DNA of 64,000 nt from Styela clava. Its lineage: Eukaryota. Positions 36,501 to 48,500 of the stretch are shown in pieces (positions within the stretch are counted from its first letter, which is position 1; the number at the start of each line of letters is the position of its first letter). The DNA lies in the NCBI RefSeq assembly GCF_964204865.1, contig NC_135251.1, positions 9,486,001-9,550,000 on the forward strand, given 5' to 3'. The notes beneath the pieces were generated by a model that saw only the letters and a program-made list of their open reading frames with translations, ran no database searches and was not told the origin of the DNA. The translations under genes and the position numbers were made by a program.

Positions 36501-39500
36501 TAATGATTTTTACAAATCGGGGTAGCATTTGCACGTACAAATAACTAACCAAACAAACATGCGTTCAATAAAATTTGGTATCAAGTACTAAAAGAGACAC
36601 AAAAATGATGCATAGCATTTTTAAGTTCTTGACATTACAAGCAAAAGTGGATCGATGTTGTATACCAAAGTGTTTTATTATATAAATTCGTCAAATTGGA
36701 TGGAGGAGTAAAGAAAAACATTTTGATGAATCTAAATTAATTCTTACACTACTACATTGTTCGGCATTTTCACAAGAATCTCTGCAATCCTCGGTTGGTT
36801 TTTTAATGTCTTCAATATCAGCAACACATGGTTCTGTGGTGAAAATAATAAGTGAGAGTATCACTAAGTGATTCAGAATTTACTGTATCATTGAGCATCT
36901 AAGTATGGTCTATCTATAGACTCTATATGTACAGAGTATTAAATAACCAACAGTCTCAGAATTGCAGACTATTAGTAAACAAAATTGCCATAGACGTGCA
37001 ATTGACATGCAAAAACGTCTTTGATATATAGAATTTTCAAACAATTTCGCCAGATTTTATATTGATATCAAATAAAAATTTCTCTTTCTTTGTTTATTGA
37101 TAGATCTTATTGTGTCTGTAGTTTACTGAAACAAATTTATTGAAACTAACAGTTATTATTACCATTAAATCGGGCAAAGTTTTTGAAATTAGCGCTACTT
37201 TGCCTTCGCATTAGATTAAGACAGGTAAAACGGAGCATGTGTTAGGTGAACAAATAAATGGTAAGGACACTCAAGATACCGGTGCAGTAAGTTCAATAGT
37301 AACTATTAAAAACATGATGGGCCAAAGAACTGAGCACTGTGGAACGCCAAAATATAGAGTGTGCTAAGCAACACCAGTCGCAGGTAACGACGATGAACAA
37401 CAAATTTTTGATTTTTTTCTTAATTAATGTCAATGTCAAATGTCATATTAGTCAAAAATATACACACAAATGTGAATCATAAAATCAATTCATATTCAAC
37501 AATTTCAATCTGAAACATATGCTAACCTGGTGATGACTCTTGGGACGGAGTTGCAATTTCAACGACAGTTGAGCATTCGCTTGGCTCGCTACATCCGACA
37601 GAATTTACGGAAAATACTCGGAATCTAAAGTGAAAAGAAATAAACATTATTGGTGATATGGACTAAAAGAATCATAGTAAATTAAAACTAAAGTGAAGCA
37701 AATATTAACAAATTTCAGATCGTGATTTTAAAGAAATTTATTGTACTTTTTTATGGTATTTCGTGGGATTCTGGAGCAGTGGTTCTCAATCTTTTCGTTC
37801 CCCTTTTTCTATTATGGGACTCTTTATTGCTTCCTTACTGTGCACAAGGACGACTTATTTGTTCAATCTTTGTAGGATTTTAATAGGTAGTGTTTTTACA
37901 CAGTTTAGGTAGGATATATGTACATAAATATGTAATATTGAAATAATGAAAAACTAAAGAAGATCAGTAATACTGCACTAATAACTGAGCAAAGTTCTCC
38001 CTTCTTTTTAAATAACACCACAAATTTATTTCTAGAGGAAGAATTTTTCCTCAACTGGGAAATGTAGGTTCAGAATGAATAAAAATCATTTTACTAAAGT
38101 TCAATTTTGTGCAAGATGGTGAGTTTAGATGACTTCAACTCACTTGTAACTTTTTCCTGGAGCAAGCCCTGTTACCGGATATGGGTCAGTGGTTTGCAAT
38201 GGTTGGCTAGTCACAGTTTTCCATTCCTCACCCTCTGACTCGCAGCATTCAATCAGGTATCCTTCGACTAAAAAAAAATTGAAATTAACGAAAAAAGCTT
38301 TACTATATTTATTGGAAATTGGGGAAACTTGGGGACAATCATTGATTGATTAGCCATTATTCTTTAATTAAAAGAATAGCAATAACTATAGAGACAAATT
38401 CAGAAAGGTCTAATCGTGAATATCGGGATAAAATCGTCATTAAATCACTACACCCGATATTATTAATGAGAGACAGCATGTGTTTTTCATGCATGTAAGC
38501 CTTGAACAGAAGTTCTAGCTATATTATCAAGATTTGCTGAATACTTTTATTTTCATTGTATTCCAATTTGCGAAATCCAAGCAGCATGATCATTTTTATA
38601 ACTCTTGTTTTAATAAATATTCATATTTTCTAAGAATAAAACGACTCTTACCATCGCATTCTTCACCACACTCAGGCGCTGCCCATCCGATATTTACGAC
38701 GTCTCCGACAGGAGATAAAGTAGCTGTAATTTTGGTTGGGATTCCTGAATAATAAAATTTGATATAAACATCGGCAGTTGCTTCAATATCAGAAAATATT
38801 AATTTATGAATAAGAATGTATAAATAGCTTTGAGATAACCAAAGACATGAAACCTCCGTTTTTGACAATAAATCAAATTTTAAATTTCAAAAAAAGACAA
38901 TCAGTTGTTCAAAACTCTATATATATATAATAATGTATAAATAGCTTTGAAGGAATCAAAGACATGAAACTTCCGTTTTTGACAATAAATCAAATTTTAA
39001 ACTTCAAAAAAAGACAGGTGTATCAGTTGTTCAAAGCTTTAGCGGTTGTTATTTAGGCACCCGGTTATGAGTTGATTAACAAAGTGTTATTAATTGAATA
39101 TGGGCAAATTATAAAAGTTTCCATTAATTTTAGAAATTTTGTCATAAAATGACTAAAAAATTTGCACAACTGAAGGGAAATCATTTTAGTGGAATTTACA
39201 CTACACCAATAACACAACACCACTGACATCTTCAAGGCATCACTGATCAGATTTATCGATTTGCCGATGCTGCGGTTCCACGATTTCTTGTTTTCACGTA
39301 AAATTGAAGTCAAGTCATAACATAATACTTATTTTTTCAATAGAATAAAGTAACTACTAACTGGTATAGTATAGTAACATCATCCGTGTTAGGTAATAAC
39401 AAATTCGATTCAGAATCCTATTGTACACATACCTGGCAACTCATTTCCGTCCTCTTCTTCTACTGATATTTCGTCTGTTTCGGGAGGAAGAAGACTAGAA

Positions 39501-42500
39501 GGATCTTCAAATTCTTAATAAAAATAATTCTCGTTAAGATGAGTTTATTCTGTTCTGTAATACTCTCATTCATACAGTAATGATATGCTGCTTACACCGT
39601 CAATTATCGAAAGTGGGCAACGCTTGAAAATCTCGACCATTTACTGGGAGACAAGCATGAAGTTTTTTGTCAAGAGTGATTTTAAAAAAACTAAGGTTAT
39701 GAGATACCCGTTTTCTAATAGCTCGTTCAGTAACATTTTGACCTAAATTGCATCCAGTTTGGGTCAGTTGGTATTTACCAATGCGTATTTCAACGTGATT
39801 ATTCTTTGTAACGTCAATAGTTCTTGGCACATCATTGGTTGCTCGAAATTTTGTAAAGAGTTCACCTGTTCATATGACTATGCTTTGAGCATATTTTCCT
39901 TCAATAATCTAGGCATCTCGTCAGTAAAAAACAAATAATAATTCTGATATCTTGCTATCAATTCTCATGTTTACCTTGTTGTAATCTTGGGGATCCGGCA
40001 TCTCTAATAGCAACCGCGGCAGAAGGTAGAGACGCTGCACTGGTACCCCATCTAGTGACGGCTCGGACACGGAGGAAATACACTCTCCCTTCTCCTAAGC
40101 CAGTTATTGGTGTCTTTGTAAGTCTTACTGGTGTCTTATTCCACGGTTTCCAAATACTAGATCCTGCTTCAGCTCTGTATAGCAAAAATGATGAGATTTA
40201 TAATTTATTGTAACTAAACAAAAGTAGCGCTTCGCCCTGTGTTTTTTTCTGCATTGTACATACAATTGCTATCATTTCAGGCAAGTTCTTATATGTTCAT
40301 TATATGCCTGTACAATACTTACGTTTCTATTATGTATCCTTCAATTGGTGCTCCACCAAAATGTCCTACGTAACCAGGGCCTTTCCATGACAACATGACG
40401 TAATCACGGGTTGCTTCCGATATCTCGACACATGATGGCGCTGAAGGCGGGGCATCCGAACCCTGAACTCTAACGTAACATCGTGAAGTGGCTGCACCAC
40501 TCGAATTGAAAGCGCGACAGCAATATTCTCCTGTATGAATGTATAATTTTTCAATTGAGAAATAGCATAATAAAGAGAATAATGTCAATGTTAAATTATA
40601 CATTCTGTAAAAAGTAAAGTAAAAGAATGAATTTTTACTTGCAGGCTGTCAGTTAGCATGTTTTTATTGACTAATTTAGAAACTGTTTTTAAAATTATTT
40701 AGCTCAAAATTCAGACAATCAACAATGACTCAGATTGTTATTCTTTAAAAACAACATTTGTTGAACAACAAACACGAGAATATCGGTCGGAGACTGAAAA
40801 CTTATCGATCGAAACTGCAGTTTCGATTTATGACTCTATATCACTAATTAAATGATAACTCGCTAATTATACGACATAATTCATCCATTAATAGGCTTCT
40901 GGTCAGAGATATGATAAATGCACATGCAAAATTTGGAGCAGATTCAACCTCGCCTTCGTGAGATATCGCGTTCATCTAACAGACAAACAGACAGACAAAT
41001 ACCTATCAACATATCTACCGATCTTAAGATCGATAAGTAATAACCACCCAAAACTTTATGCGCAATCGATAAAAAAAATTCGTAGCTTTAGTGGAATTGT
41101 TTAGATTGGCAAGACTTATGGATTTTACTTATTACTTCCCATATATCAGTTTGCCATCATCCGCACAATTTATTGGATAGAGATAAACTTTAGCCTTAGA
41201 TCTTGAACTCGCCATGCAACACGAAAAATAGGAGACAACAAAATATCGACAACTGTTATACCTTCGTCGTCAGTGTGAACTTTTAATATCGTTAATGTTG
41301 CTTGTTTTCCATCAAATGAGGACTGAATATGTGACGAAGTTTCTTCAATAGTTCTTCCTTTAAATAAAACGAGTTGTTTCATTTATGTGCCCAATATATC
41401 ACACCCACATATATTGCAATCATTTTGTTGAGCTCATGGAATGTAAGTGAAATTTTGAAATCCAACTGTATGCCTAAAAACCTGTGTGGAACATGGTACT
41501 TAATGGGTAGTTAGAACCGAATCGGAATAAAGATAGATACAGAAATGTGGCAAGTGGCTGAAACGAGAATATCGGTCAATAGGCTATAGGGTGCCAAAAC
41601 CATGGGTTAGGGTTAGTATGGGTTAAAATATCCGTGAAACAAAAATATTCCCATAGGTGCAATAGTATACAGGTGCAATTGTCATGGGTTCAAATGTACA
41701 TGAGTTCAAATGTAATGGAACCAGAATATACAGCCCTGAATTTTTGACTCTAAATGAATTGTTTGATTTAAAAACGGAATTTAGTGAGCCAAGAAGATAA
41801 TTTTCTTTTTTGACTAAGATAAAAGTTGGGCGCTCCCGTAGTATGTGCACCAAGATGGCGGACACCGGAAAATAGTATGTGTGCCAGGTTGGGGCTAGGC
41901 CATAATTCTATTCCAATTTTCCTTATTTTAGTTCTATTACGATTTTGGGGACTAGCCAAGTGACTCCTGTAGTATTAGTACCTAAAATTTTGGTCTAACC
42001 CTAACCTGGTACATATACTACGTTCCGGTGTCCGCCATTTCGGTTCACATACTACGGGAGTAGCAAAAATTGTGACATAACTTTAAAATTTTGAAATTCT
42101 AGGATTTAACGTGTTTCGATATCAGCACTTACCATTCAGAGTCCAAAATACTTCTGGGTCGGGAGATCCGTCAACTTCACAAGTAATGATCATTGCTTCA
42201 CGTTCTTGCACTGTCTTCCCGTACAGTGGAACAACGAATCGGGGGTAACCTGAGATTTATTATACGCACGCATTATATTTGAAGCAAGCAGATGAGGCGT
42301 ACATACCCGGAACATAGATTCCGGGCAGATAGAGAGCTCAAAGGGCTGTAATATATTTATTTCCCATGGCGGCACTGTGGATGTATATGCCATAGGATAT
42401 AGGGTGTCCATAAAGTTTTTTAAATTGCAAAAGGAATTTGTCGATACCACATATTGTTTTGGCCCTCACAAATGTAATAAATGAAGAAAAAATACTTAAA

Positions 42501-45500
42501 CAAATACTTATTAAAAACAACAAACCTGGTTAAGATATATTGAGAACTGACTTCATACCAAAATAAAAATTGTAAAGAGACCTCATGGACACCCGTACTT
42601 CTTCTTTGACCAAGCCATTTTTTTTTATCTTAATTTACCACCTAGTCTATTTACATAGTTATCTTTCCTGACTGACTTTCTACCTGACTGACTAAGTCCC
42701 TTCCGATAAAACACACAGGTTAATTTTTACCAAAGAAACAAAACAACATTCAATATAGAATCGAGCAAGGGAAATTAGAAACATCAGAAAAATATCCTGC
42801 CCAATGAATGTGTGCGACCGTTAGTGCCTCACCAGATGCATCGATCAGGACAATAAGCAATAAAACATTAAGATACACTAATACTAAGTAATATGTTTAT
42901 ACTCAAATACTTGTGGCCGGTGTGACAAGAAGCCTTTTCTTGAACTGTTTACCAACCTCATATGGGCTTAAAATCAATTGTTTACAGATAGTATTTTTGC
43001 CCTTTGAAAAAGACATTTTGTATTAAGTATTACTAAAACTGCATTTGAGCATAATGTTAACCCAGGACGGCATTTCAGTGTTTCAAAGAAGGTATTATAA
43101 TTACACCGCGTGATCATTTCTATTAATATAACTCCAGAATAAGGATTATTTCGGGTTAAGAGGATCTTTTGGTTATGCTAAGTTTCGTCAAATTTTTTTT
43201 TACCTAAGGCAGGATTACCGGTAAATATACTATAAAAGTGTTCGTTGTTTACTGTGTTTATGTAGTATAATATATTTTTAAATGCAAAATTTCAATAGAA
43301 AATTAAGAGCCGAAAACTAAGATTTGGATGCAAAAATATCATCAATTTCCTAAATTTCAAATTTTAAGTTTTTTTATTCAACATTTTTTAATTAGGATTT
43401 TTACAGCATGTTGCTGGTATCAAAAAATAAAATTACTTCTTTATAAAAATATTTGCGATCAAATCTCACAAATGTCAAAATTTATTCCTTATTTCTGTCT
43501 GTGATAATATGTTTTCAATTACTGTTTTCAGAACCCCAATTGTTAATTTCCATATTTTTCACTCCGATTTTTCAGCTGTTTCAGATTTTTGTTCTGCATC
43601 TTTTATTTTCTCCTTTGCCAGAGTTTTTTCAAATGTTTCCAGACTACCCCGCCTTTTCTCATTCGTCACATTAACTTCTATAGCGACTTTAAATGTTCCG
43701 CTTTTTTTTCTTCCGCTAGGGTCGTCCAAGCTAACCTCGCTACTATAACTTTTGATGACGTCATCGGTGGTGTCATCTTTTCTATCCCCGGAGGAAGATA
43801 GCGTGCCTGTCGCCTCGCTGACTTGTTTTGTAGCATCGAGTATAGCGTCATTGACTATATCTTTAGCTCCAACCGTGATGTCATCTGTGTACGTCATTGG
43901 CTTGTTTGCCAATTCTGATAGAGCTTTATCGCTATTTGTTATTTGTTTGTCTAGCTTCGCTTCTTTTATCAGTTGTTTGACGTCAAAATCCAAATTCTCG
44001 AGTTGTGATCTAAATTGACGATGAGCGTCTGTCTCGGGAAGCTTGTCGTATTCCTTAACTTCGATTGCTCCCGCGTGAGGACGCTTCTCTGTTAAAAAAA
44101 ATAATTCATATTTTATTTCTAGAAGCTTACAGCGTGCGGTTTGGTATAAATATTGTTATGTCTCAATTTCCTATATTTCTAGATATGAAAATACCAATAA
44201 TATTTGTGGAGGAAACGTAAACTATGATAAATTTATAGTGTTCAATTGACAAGTCCAAGATTGCAGATTTTTCAACCATTTCGAGTATAAATACCTACGA
44301 TATCAAATTTTACAGTTTGGTATGAATCGAGATGCAACAACGACATTCTAATTTATTATATTTTTAATATTGATATTGGAATTCGGCTACTTTCTATCTA
44401 TGCAAAAATATTCAGTTCTCTAGAAACCATATTTAATAAAGTTTAGAAAAAATATTTTAATTTCAAAAATGAATATGAATTACCTTCAACAAGCTGATGA
44501 TGAATCAGATGGGGATGAAAGTGATGATTTTGATGATGATGGATGCCAAAATAATATGAAATGATGATGAGAACTCAATCCCGTAACCGCAACGCTGCTC
44601 CATGTTGTTCAAAACCTAATTTTCTAACATTAAATCTCGAGTAATATTGTTGAAGTTTTTTACAATAACTACAGTCTTGAAGATTTCAAATCAAAATACA
44701 GCTAATTCTTTCTTTAGAATAAAAAAATGGAAAACTTTTCTGAAATATTTTTCCGAAAGGATATTGTTCTCTATCTATCTGCGTTCCTTCTGCAATATTT
44801 AAAACTATATATTGTAATATTTTTCCTCAACGCAAAATCGGAGCTTTTATTAATAATCTATATTATATCTCATTCTCTATATCTCATGAGTTTCCGCATG
44901 CGTCGCATGCATTCTATCCAATAAGCTAAGATATAGATAACATTATGAATCTAAGATGACCCTTCGAATTATTCCAACGATAGTTAGTAATTTCATCTAT
45001 CTGTCTGAAATCTACAAATTTAATGTTTTTAAACATTGCTGTTTTACGTGGTTTCCAAGCTTTTGACTGACAGAACTATTTGTCCCCAACTCTCTTTCTA
45101 TATTTTCCCTTTCTATAATGTAAATAAACTATCTTTTCTCTTTTTTCCATAAGACTGAAATCTGGGATTAAACATGACGATTGTCTAGTTCTTGTTTTGG
45201 CATAGCCAATGAGAGTACAAAAATGGGTACTCCCTTAGCGTATGTACCAGGTTAGGGTTAGTCCCTGATTTTATTTCGATTTTCCTTATTTGAATTATAT
45301 TACGAGTTCGGAGACTCTCTGTGTTAACCAAGTGAATCCCTTCACACAATATGATGTAAAGGAGGCGAACAAAATTAGTTACCTCCATATTGATACACCC
45401 ATTTCAGGAGGGCCGAAAAATGACTGCATGAAATAATGGCAAAAAAAAATTAAAGTGAACATACCAGGTATATTGAGCCCCTCTACGTCTGGATAATCTG

Positions 45501-48500
45501 TCGGTTTCTTCAAGTTGTATCCGGATTTAAAATCGACGACTCCGATTCTGCCTCCGTCGTATCGTCGGACTACCAATGTAGCATAACTTGAGATTTCTCC
45601 TTTTCGGTTTTGCATTGATACCCGGTAGGTACCAGAGTCTTCGATTGAAGCTCTGAAATATGAAAAATATAATTTGATGAGTATTTTTTTTTAATTTTGA
45701 AATTGTAACTAATAAAAAATATGGACATCACTAGGTCTGGGAATTTCGAATCGAACCGAATAGTAAGTTATTCGTATCGGTTCAGACGAGAATTTCGAAT
45801 TGCCGCCATCTTGTTTGGTTTTTTGTTCGCCCTCGGGTCGAGGGGAAAATCTCCCTTTTTTATTCACATTATAATTTTAAAATGCAATTGTGACATATAT
45901 ATGACTCTTTTCTTCCGAGTGTGTTATTGATGAAACATGTTTCTCTCTGTGTCTGAACAGCAAACTGTTTATATATGATAGATTACGTGTTTTCATTGAT
46001 TTATGTATCTGAAGGACCTATTATAATAAAACAGTCAATACAAATTCATATTTTCCAAGTATTCGAGATTTGATTCGATAAAATATTCGATTCGATTCTA
46101 AAATCAGAAAATATTCTAAAATGCCCAAACCTAGACATGATGAGAGTCTGTTCGCAACGTTCCTAAACTTGCGGTTTGCTTGAACATCAGCTCAAGGTGG
46201 CACATATTCACAGTATTGTTTAAAACAATAATTCACCTCAAGAAATATCATATAAAGAAAATGGAAACCATTCCTTCCTATTTTTCATCCTTTAAACTTT
46301 AAAGGCGATCGGTGTCAAATACACAAAATATTACTACCCTGAAGAGTTTTACATGTATTATTCTTGATATATACCTCGTTACTTCGCCCTTGCTGAAGTT
46401 CAAGAATTAAAATGCGAAAACGTTAGGCAAAAGATACCTGCAGATCTCTAGAGTGTGTAATCCAAACTGGTTTGATATTTTAAATTTTCCTGGACTACAC
46501 AGCGATGGCTCGAGTGGCACCATGTCTTTGTACCATGTGACTCGGGGTGTTGGACTTCCACGCACTGTGCAGGTAAATTTGACGTTCATCTGAAAAGTTC
46601 AAAAAAAATTTCAAATCAAAAAATTTTCAATTTAATAAATATTGTTTGTATCTTGTATGGTTAATATAATGTGAAAATAGAAGCATCATGGATTAATAAA
46701 TTGATATGTCTATTTGGGATAGGCTATAGACTTCTGATTATGAAATACAAACTATATTAATATTCAGTATTATGAAAATTGATTATAGAAATGTTAAAAA
46801 AATAAAAATCGAGGTATATATCAATAAATATTGTTTTCTGAAGCTGCATGAGATGTTTTATTTTGTTAATCTTTGTTTATTTATTTGTTTATTCATTTTA
46901 ACCTTGACTCGGAATCAATGAGTTTTGGGTATTCCCGAAGCATGTGAACCAAGATGGCGGACACCGAAACGTAGTATGTGTACCAGTTCATGGTTAGGCC
47001 ATAATTGTGAGTACAAATACTACGGGAGTCACTGGGCTAGTCCCCGAACTCATAATAGAGCTAAAATAAGGAAAATCGGAAAAATATTATGGACTAACCC
47101 TAACCTGGCACACCTACTACGTTCTGGTGTCCGCCATCTTGGTTCAAATATTTCAGGAGTATCAAGTTTTATGTCTTTAACTGAAGCCATTTTATTACTG
47201 GGCAAATCATGCTTTAGTTATATTTTCATTTTTTCTCATATCAAGTGATCATTGTTTAAATTACCTTTTCCCACACTACATGTGATCTCAGTTTCATATC
47301 AAACATTGGAGCTTTGTCTAGTTTTCCTCGCTCCAGACTTTCTTCGACATCTCTGTCGGTGATAACAAGTGGACGTTCAATTCCTCGGTAGCGGTATCTG
47401 AAAATATTGTGAGTCTTTTGGTGTATTTTCTAATGTTTAGTACAAAATGCTATTTTCGAAGAGCTTTAATTTTTTATAATAATATTGAAATAATGAATCT
47501 TTATTCACTGGGGTAATTCTCCCTCCTCCTTTGCAAACATATAATCAGGTTTTAAGTTATTCAATTATAGACTCTCACTCTGGAATAGTCGTTACACAAG
47601 TTGTTTATTAGACTTTATAGGTGAGGCGATACGTGCCTCGTACTAACTTGATCTTATTAACCCATGAAGCCAATTTAATTTCTTCCAACCAGTCAACGGC
47701 AATATATAGTATTTCGGTAATTGTCGAAATTTGCAAAACTCGTGGAAACAAAATGGATACGAGAATATAGCTTTCTGCTAGACCAGAGGTGGGCAAGGTT
47801 TTTGAATCAGGGGCCAAAAATATTTCCCACCTAGACTGGCGGGCCTAGTAAGTGTGACGCAAAAAGTTGCATTTTATGAACAATATTTATAGTATTATAA
47901 AATCAAAAGTGGAAAAAAAAAGCCTCGAGCTAAAAGTAAATTCGATTGCAATCGCAACAAATTCCTTGGACTACTTTCTAGCTAAAACATCAAAATTCGG
48001 TTCGAGTTTGGCATCAGGCGGGCCGGATCTAAATACCCAACGGGCCGTATTAGGCCCAAGGGCCGAAGTTTGCCTATATCAGTGCTCACACTTCATTGAA
48101 ATACAATGGTTTCGTAGTTGAAAAGAGCTCCAACTTTTGTCTGTTCAACAGCAACAGGAAGTTGTTTTGTGAGATGAGTTGGGAGATAAAGTTAATGCGA
48201 ATTTGTAGATTCATTGTAATATTACTCACTGATAGTTAGGGTTCTTGTAGTATTGCATTTCATCATCGTCTTCGACGGCAAACTGTTTTCTTTTTGCAAT
48301 GTATCCGGCCACTGATCGAATGTTTTCGTCTTCTTCAGCCATGCCAGGGTCTCCTCGCCTGTGAGTTAGGTAAAAAAATATTCAAATGAACTGGTGATTG
48401 AATTCTATTTTGAATTCTATATTTTTGTTCGATGGATCCTTCATCGTCGCATGGATGGAGCTTGTTAATTTCTACGGCATCTCTTCCTGAACCAACCCAT

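Noticed and set aside
42307-42345. 39-nt AG...GT segment just upstream of exon 42249
   Set aside because: Contains TGA in the only phase-compatible frame and abuts repeat-like sequence; not needed for the gene model.
45653-46437. Possible U12 intron (donor GTATCTTTT)
   Set aside because: No CCTTAAC-type branch site near the acceptor; treated as U2.
46925-47248. 107-aa ORF, and similar ORFs at 41768, 51981, 52515 and 53443
   Set aside because: All are read-throughs of Merlin-like MITE copies.
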